Below are positions 51,087 to 64,000 of a DNA stretch of 64,000 nt, piece after piece. The position numbers were made by a program, and so were the translations under genes. The DNA comes from Octopus bimaculoides. Lineage: Eukaryota. The notes under the pieces are model-generated. The model was given only the letters and a program-made list of their open reading frames with translations, was not told where the DNA came from and did no database searches. The stretch is taken from the NCBI RefSeq assembly GCF_001194135.2, contig NC_069001.1, positions 15,901,653-15,965,652 of the forward strand, given 5' to 3'. How positions within the stretch are numbered: the first letter of the stretch is position 1; each line of letters starts with the position of its first letter.

Positions 51087-54000
51087 CTACACAAGACAGA
51101 GGCAAATTGGCTGAATTGTTAGAACTTTTGACAGAATAACTCTCAGAATTTGTTCTGACTCTCTGCACTCAAATCTTGCCAAGGTGAACTTTGCCTTTCA
51201 CCCTTTTGGAACCAATAAGAAAATACAAAACAATTCAAGGCAGTGGATTGGCAGAACTGTACAAATATTGAGCTGACTACCTTGATCTTTGCATTCTGAG
51301 TTCAAATCCTACCGTAGCCTACATGGTTGGTCAACTTAACCCATTGTCAAATTAACACTGCCACCTGGTACCTTGGGTGTAAACTCTTTCTGTTGCATGT
51401 ATTTGGGCCAGGTTTTCACTGGTGCTGGTGCCACATAAAAAGTACCCAGTACACTCTGTAGTGGATGAAATTAGGAAGATCCCTTAGCTGTAGAAACCAA
51501 ACCAAAACAGTCTATGGAACCTGGTGTGATCCTTGGCCTTACCAGTTCCTCTAACAATTACCAGCATGGAAAACAGGTGTTAAATGACAATGGTGATGAT
51601 ATTGATGATTCTCCTTCCTTTCCAACAGTTTTGAGGCCCTTAGAGGTTATGATTGGTGACAAAAGAACTCTGACACCAAACCTAGTTGATTGATTGACTG
51701 AATTATTAATCAAACAATCAATCAATTAATTAACCAATTAATTAACTGACTGACAAATAATAATAATAATAAAAGAATTGAAATAAAATCAGTGTATGTG
51801 TTTATTATTAGTATAATGATCCTCCCAAGATACATATATGGAAATACTTCATATCCTTTCATGACTGATTCCTAATTCTATTGAATTCAACTGTTTGATA
51901 TGTTTAATTCTTAACCCTTTTGTTACTGTATTTCTCTTGGCATACACTGCTTTTGCTTCAAGCAATTTTGAAAACAGTGAAGAATTTAGTAAAATAATTC
52001 TGTCATTATTAAGCTGGTGTTTGGAACAAACTAACATGAAATTTTAATGAATATGTGCTGCATCTCACATGTCCTTAAATATGGTAGCTGCAAAATAAAC
52101 TTCTTAACTGCACTGTCATGTGTGTAGCCTTTTAACTTTTGCTTCAGTTATTAGACAAACACAGAATATAAAAACACGCATGCATAGATATAAATATATA
52201 CAATTGGCTTTTTTTAGTTTCCGTCTACCAAATTCACTCACAAGGCTATGGTTGGCCTGAGGCTATAGTAGCAGACACTTGCCCAAGGTTCCATGCAATG
52301 GGACTGAACCTTGAACTATATGGTTGAGAAGCAAGCTTCTTAGCACTCAGACACTCCTGTGCCTTCACACAACTATACTTGTATGCTCACTATTCATAAA
52401 ACTACAACTGACTTCAAAGATGGTAGATGGCCACACAACTATATTTCCAACAGATTATTAATATGGGTTTCAAGAAATTAGATACCCCAGTCACACAGAA
52501 TATTATATTGTAAAATTGCAATTACTTTCAGTGATATCAATCATAGTTTTGAATTCAGTTTTGGATATTGTTACAAAAATATATTTTGGAAATATCTAAT
52601 AGACATTCCTACTTTTATTAGAGGCTTTTTATATATTGCCTTCTCTCTCTCCAACCCCATCTCTCACCTTATCTTTCTTTCTGGCATCAATCTTATCTTT
52701 ATATCAGCTGACATTAATACCACTCTGCAGGTATAAACAAAATAGGGCAAGACTATTATCCCAAAAGTCTTACGAGATAGATAATGCCCTTACCATATTT
52801 CTAGCAACACTGATACCTGCCCCACTCACAGTTTTTGTCACCTTCCTTTGCTTACTGATGCTCCGTTCTCCCACCCCACCCCACCCCACCCCATATCTAT
52901 ACAGCTGGCTTTCCTGTTGAGTTTTCTTTCAAGCAGAGAGTCAGTGCACTGGTAAATGTCTGTTGGAATGAGTTTCTGACCCAGCTTCAATTCCCACTCA
53001 GAGACATCTCAATTTTATACTGTTAACATTTTCATTACNNNNNNNNNNNNNNNNNNNNNNNNNNNNNNNNNNNNNNNNNNNNNNNNNNNNNNNNNNNNNN
53101 NNNNNNNNNNNNNNNNNNNNNNNNNNNNNNNNNNNNNNNNNNNNNNNNNNNNNNNNNNNNNNNNNNNNNNNNNNNNNNNNNNNNNNNNNNNNNNNNNNNN
53201 NNNNNNNNNNNNNNNNNNNNNNNNNNNNNNNNNNNNNNNNNNNNNNNNNNNNNNNNNNNNNNNNNNNNNNNNNNNNNNNNNNNNNNNNNNNNNNNNNNNN
53301 NNNNNNNNNNNNNNNNNNNNNNNNNNNNNNNNNNNNNNNNNNNNNNNNNNNNNNNNNATGCTTAGTGGTATTTTGTCCGTCTTTACGTTTTGAGTTCAAA
53401 TTCCAGCAAGGTCGACTTTGCCTTTCATCCTTCTGGGGTAAAAAAAAAAGTCCCAGGGGGTCAATGTAATCGACTTATCCCATCTCCTGGAATTGCTGGC
53501 CTTGAGTCAAAGTTTGGAACCATTATTAAGTTAATGTTTGGAATATATTAATTAACATGAAATGGAAGGTTTTAAGATCACTTTTAAAAAAAGAAGTTCA
53601 TATTATAGAACCAAGAACAGTCTCAGATGAGCTGGTATCAAAAGGGTTAATGCCTTTTTTAAAGAACAAAAAAAAAACTCTCACATTTCTGCTTCTATCA
53701 AGTGATCTGCATCTGTCTATTCTATTTGGAACCTTTCAATATTTCTCTGTTGCTTGTCAAGTCTATATTTAACCAGTTATCAACACTTCTATACATACAT
53801 TATCCTTGTTCAGATTCTGTACTTTCTCACTGATAGAGAGATGCAAGATACTCCAGAGCGATGAAACTGAGGGCAACGGTATCCAAAAGATATTAAAATA
53901 TCCGGTTTATTTTTCTAGCTTTTTATCTTGTCCTACAGAGGATTGCATAAACCTAGAAACATTAGCATTAAGCCTCGAGAGTAAATAACTAGCAGACAGA

Positions 54001-54239
54001 TATTATTAGCTGACTGCACAGGAACATGCAGCAGATTTTAATCCAGAGGGAAGAACAGATATGTTGCCAGCTGATTATACATGATGCATGGGGGGGGGGG
54101 GAAATATATAATTGAATTCATCAAAGAAAAATTTTGAAGTGTTAAAGAGTATTTGAAAATTAAAAATTAATTTGCATAGCAGAAGCACAACATCTCTTCC
54201 ACAGTGATGAATTAACCTTATAAAAGACCCATCGCATGA

Positions 54240-54353
<114 letters not shown>

Positions 54354-55087
54354 AAATGTATGTAAACATTTATATACCAACTTTCTGTTTGGTGAATATG
54401 TGAAAATATTTTTAGAACTTGAAGGAAGACTGGAATAAATTCTTGACATAAGAAAATTTAAGATATTTAGAGCTGATGATTTATTTAAAGTAAGTAAATA
54501 AGTAAATAAATTAATTAGATAAAAGCATCAGCAGCATGATATAAGTTAATTTAAGTTTGACAGCCTGCTTTTTATGTGGTGTTGTTTGTTTAGTTTCACA
54601 TCCATTTTTTAAACCATCCTGGGTGGTGGAATGGTTTTCAAACTTGCCTCCTAACATTAGGGTAGTGTGTTATTACAACTGAATGCTATTTCTACACAAG
54701 TCTCCTGCGAAAGGGGAGTGGTACTCATTTTCAGCTTAGTAAACTGAGATGAGCAACATAACCAACTATGTGCTAAACAAAATGTGCGCGGCAAGGTTTG
54801 AAAAAGTAATTACGCAACCAGCAGTTATATACACTTTATGGTACACATGTGTATAACATCATTATTTTCACAACTGGTTTTCTTCTGATGTCAGCATGAG
54901 CTGGACAAGACAATTTGAAGCTGTATTCTATGGCTGGATGCCCTTCCTAATTCCAACCCTTATTCGTATCCAAGTAAACCACTTTATTTCACTGATATTT
55001 TTGCATGTCATACTGCCAAACTGTGAGGCATAAATAAATATCACTGCTGCCTAAGCAGTGTCAATGTAAAGATACATAGAAACAAAT

Positions 55088-55461
55088 TGCTGTTGTTGGC
55101 ACTCCGTCGAGGGTTCCAGTTGATCCAATCAACGGAACAGCCTGCTCGTGAAATTAACGTGCAAGTGGCTGAGCACTCCACAGACACGTGTACCCTTAAC
55201 GTAGTTCTCGGGGAGACTCAGCGTGATACAGTGTGACAAGGCTGACCCTTTGAATTACAGGCACAACAGAAACAGGAAGTAAGAGTGAGAGAAAGTTGTG
55301 GTGGAAGAGTACAGCAGGGTTCGCCACCATCCCCTGCCGGAGCCTCGTGGAGCTTTAGGTGTTTTCGCTCAATAAACACTCACAACACCCAGTCTAGGAA
55401 TCGAAATCGCGATCCTATGACCGCGAGTCCGCTGCTCTAACCGCTGGGCCATTGCGCCTCC
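55088..55461 (-). mobile_element. SINE family 3 copy with 14-bp TSD
   Basis: TSD acatagaaacaaat at 55074-55087 and 55462-55475. Confidence 0.88.
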
Positions 55462-56444
55462 ACATAGAAACAAATACATGCATACACACACACACGTGCA
55501 CTCACACATACGCCTCATTACAAATCAGAATTCCATTTCAACATCTATAGTTCCAAGCTAACATACCTTGGACAGGATAAAAAGCAGGATTTTTACAGCC
55601 AGAATTACTTCTTGTCACCAACCCACATCTGTTCTTCAAGTAAGGCTTTTCAGTCCAATGGAACTTGAAAGCACAAAGCTAATGAATGATTTATCAACAG
55701 AAAATGTCAACAAACACCACCAGTTGCAGACCAACAACAAATGGCAATGTCACAGCCAGAAATTATAAACTCAGCATAGTTTTCAAAAACATTCACCCAG
55801 TTACACACACAGTGGGTTTCGGTACAGTTTCCATGAACCGAATTTCACTCATGATGTATTGGTCAACTCAAGCATATAACAGGACATTTGCCCAAGGGCT
55901 ACACAATGGCTTGAACTTGACACCACATGTTTGCAAAGTAAACTTGGTAATCACATGACCATGCCAGTACCTAAAAAAAAATTGTTTTTTCATCTTTTAA
56001 TCAAGAGGGAAGGTTCCCTCTAACCAGGAATCTGGCCTGAATGCTTGCAACAGAGTGGATTCAGTTAAAGGTATCCAATGTACCAACTAGTGGTATTAAA
56101 CTGTGACAAGTTAAGTCTACCATATCCAAGGTTACATATATGTTTGTTTATATGTAACTGTACTTCAATAATTCTAACTGAATAATCATCATTATCATCA
56201 TTTAATGTCCGTTTTCAATACTGGCATGGGTTGGACAGTTTAACTGAAAACTGGTAAGCTGGGTTCCAGTCTGATTTGGCATGGTTTCTATAGCTGGATG
56301 CCCTACCTAATGCCAACCACTCCAAGAGTGTAGTGGGTACTTTCTACATGCCACTAGCATGGGCACCAGTTAGGTGACATCAGAAATGAAAAATCTAATA
56401 GGGAAAGATTTTCACCTTGGCACTGTCAGGCCATTATTATATTA

Positions 56445-56801
56445 TATACATGCATAGATGTAAATATAAATGCATTTATGTGTCTTATCAAACTATTATA
56501 TACCCAAAATGCATTTTGTAATTTAACCCTAGATCAGCCAGGTGATGAATTAAACATTAATACAGCCCTATGAGCGAAAGCATTCCACTTGTGACCATAC
56601 CGTCTGTTTTCGTCTCTTTCACTATATATATAAAGAAATATATTATCCAATGTAACTTTATTTTTACCTTGTATTTTAATGACAGAAAAGTATTTGAGAG
56701 ATTTTCGTTGCTATTTCCAGCAGATTCTAAAGACCTGGTCGGTTTGAACATGTTTGGCTACTCTTAGCAAAGTTTATTAATAATAGTTTTAGAAATTATA
56801 A
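56445..56801 (+). repeat. Copy 1 of a 357-bp local direct duplication
   Basis: About 16 differences from 60296-60653 by manual alignment. Confidence 0.92.
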
Positions 56802-59217
56802 AATTATAAAACATTAGACATATGGTTCAAAAATGGAATAAATTGATGTGCTGTGAGGAAGAGAGAAGATGTAATATTTTGGGAAGAACCCTTCATTGGA
56901 GTCAGTGTACTGCTGTCTGAAATGTTATACTTCACTTCTTCCATAGAGATGGATGAAGAAAGTGATCAATGAGTAACTCTACCATGACCTTCTCCAATTA
57001 ACCAACATGACAGCAGGAAAATGATTGTACCTTGTCCACCAGCCAAGACATCATCTGGGATAAACACATTGATGAGAAGCTAAATCATGAGTGTCTTTCC
57101 AAAACCATAGTCATGACTTATAATGAAGGATGGTGGTATTGCGACTGTCAATGAATACAGAACTCTAATGACAAAAATAGGAGTTGTGATAGGTACAGGT
57201 ACAGCTGCTTCCCAATCACATTGTTTGGGGTTCAGTCCCAATGTACTGCACCTTGGTAAGTGTCTTCCTATTACAGACCCAGGCCAACAAAAGCTTAGTC
57301 TGTCATTATTCTCAATGCAAGTACAAACTGTAGTCACTAATTGGTGACTTTCCTATGCAGGAAAATCATCAACTATCAGATTCACTCACAGAGCTTTGGT
57401 CAGCCTGGGGTTATAGAAGAAAACACTTGCCTAAGATGCCACACAGTGAAACTGAACCCAAAACCATGCAATTTAAAAGCGAGATTTTTAGCCACGCAGC
57501 AATGCCTACACCTACATTATTTCTGTTTTTTAATAAAAAAACTGGAGAATGTAACATTATAACTTGCAGCTTGACAGAAATTTCACTGCTGTAAAAATTT
57601 GTTTTTTTTCTTCTTTTTTGTCAACATGTTTGTACTGTTTCGTTATTTGAAGAAAAACTTTTTAAAAATTGGGTTAAAACATGCTGAGTTTTATAACACA
57701 AACACTCTTCACAGTCATTTTAATATGGTCATTTATTTATTATGCTATATAAAATTAATAAATAAAACCAGCCGAGTGAGCTATGCTTACGACAAAAGAA
57801 CAAAAACTTGAAAGGTGACACTACTGACAGACTTTTACACTGCAACAATACGGTTTAGCTTATCTCTTTAGTCTGTCTCTCTCTATATCTCTTTTATCTT
57901 TTCTTGTTTCAGGGCACCTACTTGAAGAATTTTTTAGTTGAATGCATCGATCCCAGTACTTATTCTAAGGGTCTCTTTTGCCGAACTGCTAAGTTATGGG
58001 GGCATAAACACACCAACACCAGTTGTTAAGCAGTGGTAGGAGACAAACAAATAGACACACATATATACGACAGGCTTCTTTCAGTTTCCGTCTACTGAGT
58101 CCACTCATAAGGCTTTGGTTGGCCTGAGGCTATAGTAGAAGACACTTGCCCAAGGTGCCATGCAGTGAGACTGAACTCAGAACCATGTGACTGGAAAGTA
58201 AACTTCTTACAACACACGTTCGAACTTTTATTATTATTATTATTATTATTATTGAGGCGGCGAGCCACCAGAATCGTTTGCACGCCGAGCAAAATGCTTA
58301 GCGGGCATTTCGTCTGTCTTCACGTTCTGACTTCAATTTTTGCCGAGGTCGACTTTGCCTTTCATACTTTCGGAGTCGATAAAATACCAGTCGAGCACTG
58401 CGGTGGATGTAACCGACTAGCGGCCTTCCACCAAACATTTCAGGCCTTGTGCCTTTAGTAGAAAGGATGATGATGGTAATTATTAAGGCAGCGAGCTGGC
58501 TACGTTAGCACGCAGGACAAAATGCTTAATGATATTTCGTCTGTTTTTNNNNNNNNNNNNNNNNNNNNNNNNNNNNNNNNNNNNNNNNNNNNNNNNNNNN
58601 NNNNNNNNNNNNNNNNNNNNNNNNNNNNNNNNNNNNNNNNNNNNNNNNNNNNNNNNNNNNNNNNNNNNNNNNNNNNNNNNNNNNNNNNNNNNNNNNNNNN
58701 NNNNNNNNNNNNNNNNNNNNNNNNNNNNNNNNNNNNNNNNNNNNNNNNNNNNNNNNNNNNNNNNNNNNNNNNNNNNNNNNNNNNNNNNNNNNNNNNNNNN
58801 NNNNNNNNNNNNNNNNNNNNNNNNNNNNNNNNNNNNNNNNNNNNNNNNNNNNNNNNNNNNNNNNNNNNNNNNNNNNNNNNNNNNNNNNNNNNNNNNNNNN
58901 NNNNNNNNNNNNNNNNNNNNNNNNNNNNNNNNNNNNNNNNNNNNNNNNNNNNNNNNNNNNNNNNNNNNNNNNNNNNNNNNNNNNNNNNNNNNNNNNNNNN
59001 NNNNNNNNNNNNNNNNNNNNNNNNNNNNNNNNNNNNNNNNNNNNNNNNNNNNNNNNNNNNNNNNNNNNNNNNNNNNNNNNNNNNNNNNNNNNNNNNNNNN
59101 NNNNNNNNNNNNNNNNGAACTGTCATTGAATAAGAACTAATCTAACGGTTAAAATTAAGATTAATAGATATATTCATATATTAAACCTGCAATTGAAATA
59201 TAATTAATTCCATTTAC

Positions 59218-59251
59218 CATTCTTTTAGAATTCCGTTCAGATCTAGGACGC
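59218..59251 (-). other. Candidate 34-nt non-coding leader exon
   Basis: Modest acceptor ttcctgtcag, donor atg|gtaaat, in CpG-retaining unique sequence. Splice signals only. Confidence 0.2.
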
Positions 59252-59730
59252 CTGACAGGAATCGATCCTCACTGCTACATTTTGAATGATACTTTATTTA
59301 ATCGACACCAGAATGATGAAAGGCACAGCTGACTTCGTTGGGATTTGAACTTAAGGGCCATGAACTTGGCCAATAGCGCAGGCTATTAAGCCTGACGATC
59401 TACCGGTTCCACCTCACTCCTTTATTCTTCTTCCAATTTAATGTTTAATGTCTCTATGTAAGCGTTGCATGAAGCAACACAATAAATGCTGGTTATTTTA
59501 ATATGAAAAAGCAAGACCTTCTCTCTCTCTCTTCCTTTCTCGATTACAGTTGTTGCTTAGCGCCATTCGCACTAATGTATCAACTCTAATCGATTGAACA
59601 ATCAACCCGTCTTTTTAAAGGGTTCCAAGGACTACATTACGTAATGTGTCCAGTCCTTATATACTATTGTAAGAGAGATTTGGGTATCATTTCTAGCAAT
59701 CCTTGAGATCACGAATCCTTCGACAGTTCC

Positions 59731-59776
<46 letters not shown>

Positions 59777-60243
59777 AATAGATAGATAGATAGACGTGTG
59801 TATGTGTAAATGCGTGTAGATCAGTCTCTTTCTATTTAGACATTTAATTTATTCCGTAAGTAATTAGCTAATTAATACATTGTTGAACTCGTATGTATGG
59901 GATGTTCTTTGGTTTCCATCAACACTGTTAAGTTTAGCAACAAAAATATAAAAAGGCTTGAAGTTAAATTCTCATCAAACAACCTGTATTGACAATGATG
60001 AAACGTAAAGGTGTGAAAAGATCGTTTTAGATTGTTATACATACGCGTGCTTGTGTGTGTGTTGGAGAGCACAGATATGTGCATGTGCGGTGTATAATCC
60101 TGGTCGTTATACAGAATACATACTTAAATTAAAGCATATATATATATACATATTCAAGTAAACGTTAGCACAGATATGCGTGTGTATCAGGTTTTAAACA
60201 TCGTAGATAACGTTTCTGCATATACAGGGAATGTGGACATGCA

Positions 60244-60293
<50 letters not shown>

Positions 60294-60295
60294 TA

Positions 60296-60653
60296 TATAC
60301 ATGCATAGATGTAAATATAAATGCATCTATGTGTCTTATCAAACTATTATATACCCAAAATGCGCTTTGTAATTTAACCCTAGATCAGCCAGGTAATGAA
60401 TTAAACATTAATACAGCCCTATGAGCGAAAGCGTTCCACTTGTGACCATGCCGTCTGTTTTTGTCTCTTTCACTATATATATAAAGAAATATATTATCCA
60501 ACGTAACTTTTTTTTTACCTTGTATTTTAATGACAGAGAAGTATTTGAGAGATTTTCGTTGCTATTTCCAGCAGATTCTAAAGACCTCGTCGGTTTGAAA
60601 CACGTTTGACTACTCTTAACAAAGTTTATTAATAATAGTTTTAGAAATCATAA
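60296..60653 (+). repeat. Copy 2 of the 357-bp local direct duplication
   Basis: Aligns end to end with 56445-56801. Confidence 0.92.
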
Positions 60654-60789
60654 CTGAAACAGTTCGAGGATTATATTTAAAAAATGTGACAGGAGGGAGG
60701 ATAGCAACCAAAGTAGATCAGGCACATGTCTGGGTGCAAACAATAAAAAAAACCTATTTAATATACGTTATTTAGTCCCAGATAAGAAA

Positions 60790-61350
60790 GAATTGCCATC
60801 CAAACATAACCATCTTATCTGTTCTTTAAAAAAAAAATAATAAATCCAAGATTCTTTTGTTAATTAAAGCAATATGAAGCGATTTGAGTAAGAGTTGGTT
60901 GCTTTGTCTAGCAAGACAATCGACCACGTCGAAGGCTCCTATATAAAACAAACTACGTTATTGTTTAGCGTCATATAAGAGGGAACTACACCAAAGGCAA
61001 TCCAACCATAACCACCTCATCTTTTTTGTTATTAAAAAAAATGTATATTTAGGATTATATTATGAATTGTGTCCTTTAGTAAATTAAAATGCTAAGGAAT
61101 GATTTGAATATTATTTGGTTACTATTTCTAGCAAGCTGAATAACCACGTCGATGGCTCCTTAGCTTCGAGTGAGAACTGTCAAAGGCAATCCAACTATGA
61201 CCACCACGTCTTGTTCTTGTCTCTTTTATATATATCCAGGACTATACTATTTTCTGTGTTCTTTCCTTGATTAAAGCGATAGGGGATGATTTGAGCAAAA
61301 TTTGGTTGCTATTTCTAGCAAGCCGAATGACCAAGTAGAAGGCGCCTTCC
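60790..61350 (+). repeat. Three head-to-tail degenerate units (about 190-220 bp) of the gatttg...ttggttgctatttctagcaag family
   Basis: Each unit runs caatccaac.at.acca ... gatttga ... tttctagcaag ... gaagg/gatggctcct. Dispersed copies occur throughout the window. Confidence 0.7.
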
Positions 61351-61476
61351 TAAAACAAGTGGGTGTTTGAGAGGAGACAAGTCGACACAAAAACAAAAAT
61401 AAATAAGCGGTTTAAACAGATTACAGAAGAAGCAATTAAAAGAATATTAGTACACGTAATTAAAACAAGTTGTTAC

Positions 61477-61770
61477 CTGTAGCAGGTTCGATCACAGCCG
61501 CTATAAAAAAAATGGTATTGTTGGTTGATATTTCGAGAGGTATATGTAGGTATTTTCTGCTGCTATGGGGATAACTTGAGTGTAATTTCCATGGGAAAAC
61601 AAGAAAACGTGGAATATTTTGGGGGTATTTAAAGAAGGAGAGTGGGATGGGTTGTTTCAGAAACGGACGGAATTGAAATGTTGTTTGTAAGTGTAAATTG
61701 TAAGCAGTTATTGTTGTGTGAAGAGAGAGATGAGAGAAAATTCCTACCACGGAGTTGGTAACATGGTGGA
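61477..61770 (-). other. Candidate non-coding first exon of the katanin gene
   Basis: About 300 nt of non-repetitive sequence ending in donor cag|gtaaca at 61476, directly downstream (minus sense) of CCAAT and CRE motifs. The 5' boundary is approximate. Confidence 0.35.
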
Positions 61771-61779
61771 CGACAATAA

Positions 61780-61860
61780 CTAAGGCCAATAACTCTGTTG
61801 ATTCAAACTGTCGTCGTCTGTCAAGACAAACACTAGTTCCTGAATGACGTCATCATTGAG
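61780..61860. promoter_or_regulatory. Candidate promoter: CCAAT box (61786-61790) and full CRE palindrome TGACGTCA (61845-61852)
   Basis: Both motifs are seen directly. Local CpG retention (tcgtcg, gacgac, acgg) contrasts with the CpG-poor window. Confidence 0.4.
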
Positions 61861-63903
61861 GGAGGTTGGTGTTTAACCCTAGGTTAGTCCTGATGGAGAC
61901 AGCCAGCCAGAGAGAGAGAGAGAGAGCAGTGTGAAAAGACATTCTAACCGTGGCCACCCTACTTTTATAATTATATCAGGAACTCTAAGATAAATGTGTA
62001 ATACGTTACAGTTGTTTAACCCCAGGTCAGTCTGCAGAGAGGGAGAGAGGAAAAGAGATAGAAAGAGAAAGAGAGAGAGAGAGAGAGCTATGCTGAAGGA
62101 CGTTCCAACCATGACCTTCCTACCTATTTTTCTGAACCTGGGAATCCACTGTCTAATGGATGCTGTTTAGCTCCAGTCAACTCTGTGAAAACACACTCAT
62201 GTTGAAAGGCGTTCCAACCTTGACCCTCTTACCTTTTTAATTGTATCAAAGACTTGCATTGTATAATGTGTCTTACCTGTAACCATCCTACCTGTTTTTA
62301 TGAATCAGCAATTCTGTTGTCTAATGTGTAATACATTGATGCTGTTTAACTCCAAATCAGCCTTCATAGAGCCAAAGCTATGCCGAAAGGCATTCCAAAA
62401 GTGACCTTTCTGCCTCTTGTGTGTATCAGAGACTACATTGTCAAATCTTTTATCTTTTACTCGTTTCAGTCATTAGATTGCAGTCATGCAGGGCACCGCC
62501 TTGAAGAATTTTTAGTCAAATGTATTGATTCCTGTAATTATTTTTTTAAAAACCTGGTACTTATCCTGTTGGTCTCTTTTGCCAAACCACTAAGTTATGG
62601 GGATGTAAACACACCAGTACCAGTTGTCAAGTGGTGCTGGGTGGGACAAACACAGACTCAAAGACATGCACACATACACACACACATATATATATATATA
62701 TATAATCCAAGAGAGTTAGGGGTTGAGGATTCAACCCACTAAGGGATAATATATATTCAATATACTGCTGGGAGGGTACCCAATTATTGTTACACTAGTG
62801 TTATACCAAGTGCAATAAGTGGGTGCGGGTAAAAGGTTTTTTTTTTACTCTAAATTTATAAATAAGAAAATGGAGGGGAATATGAGGTACTCATCAACTT
62901 GCAGACACTATATTCCAAACACACACACATATATCTATACCTATATACGATGGGCTTCTTTCAGTTACCATCTATCAAATCCACTCACAAGGCTTTGGTC
63001 GGCCCGAGGCTACAGTAGAAGACACTTGCCAAAGTGCTATGCAGTGGGACTGAACCCGGAACTATGTGGTAGGGAAGCAAACTTCTTACCACACAGCCAC
63101 ACCTGATAATTCTTTTACTTTGTTGATACAGGTCAGCCCTGATGGATCAAAGCGATGCTAAAAGACATTCCACTCATGGACTTCCTGCCTTTTTTGCCTA
63201 TCAGATTATCTAATGTGGATTCTTTGTTGTTATTTAATCTGAGCTTAATTTTAATAAAGAAGATTTGCACTGCAAAGTTGTTCAAGCCCTGTCCAGATCA
63301 ATTTCACCTTTCATGCTCTCAGGGATGGGGGTTGTTAAAATAAAGTACCAGTCATGTTCTGGAGGCAATGCAATTAACAAAACCCCTCCCTTCAAAATTG
63401 CTGCCCTTGTGCTTACATTAGAAGCTATTTTTAATCTGAGCTGAAGAATTCTTGAATAAAAACATTAATCATTGTTTTTGTTGTTGTTTGCCCTTAGGTC
63501 AACCTTGATAGAGCAGGTTTGGGATTAAAGGCATTCCAACCATGACCATCCCAATATTTCATTTTTGCAGAGAACCTGGCACCATATTGTCCTTTTCTAA
63601 TACAGTTGAATGTAGTCTGAAGAGTTGGCCACTATTTCTAACAGAGCAAGCAACCGTACAGCAGTTTCCTTATTTCATTCATTCATCTTACATCTGGATT
63701 TCTATGCTAGCATGGGTTAGAGAAATACATTTGTTACTCTTACTTCATTTCCATGTAAAAAAAGTTCTAATTCTTCTTGTCCCCAAAAGTGCAGTAAGAA
63801 GAGTGGTAAGAAGTTTGTTTCTCAACCTCATGGTTCAGGGTCCAGTCCCACTGCATTGCCTCAGGCCAACCAATGCCTTGTTAACAGAAACTGAAAGAAG
63901 CTC

Positions 63904-63953
<50 letters not shown>

Positions 63954-63965
63954 GAATGTTGTTTG

Positions 63966-64000
<35 letters not shown>

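Noticed and set aside
53825-53872. ctca-CTGATAGA-gag...ctc...GAAAC-tgag hammerhead look-alike
   Set aside because: There is an extra base in the core, stem II does not abut GAAA, and there is no stem III or NUH triplet.
60421-60609. Near-identical ORFs MSES(V/I)PLVT(M/I)PSVFVSF here and at 56570-56767
   Set aside because: They lie within the duplicated repeat-derived segment. An indel changes the C-terminus and there is no splice or family support.
56445-60653. The 357-bp direct repeats as an LTR pair
   Set aside because: No TG...CA ends, TSD, primer-binding site, polypurine tract or gag/pol remnants in the visible interior.

Overview
AT-rich, repeat-dense animal DNA with eight N gaps. The repeat families match those I recognise from Octopus genomes; this taxon call is from recall, not a search. 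One protein-coding gene is well supported: a minus-strand katanin p60 AAA ATPase (KATNA1/KATNAL1 class). It has 10 core coding exons from 36498 down to 22036 that splice in frame with GT-AG boundaries (472 aa). A probable upstream exon at 47608-47673 adds MSEA (476 aa), and there is a candidate promoter or first exon near 61.5-61.9 kb. The rest is tRNA-derived SINEs, RTE-type LINE remnants, MITEs (hAT, piggyBac, Tc1/mariner and two less usual types) and microsatellites. The most interesting signal is a set of short Penelope/retrozyme-like insertions carrying minimal type I hammerhead folds with palindromic stem III, at about 20.8, 39.8, 44.4, 47.4 and 50.6 kb. Their catalytic cores vary: C3:G8, U3:A8, an apparent G3:C8 swap, and an A6U change. 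In one element, the inverted terminal copy starts exactly at the predicted cleavage site. All folds were read by eye and none is shown to be active.
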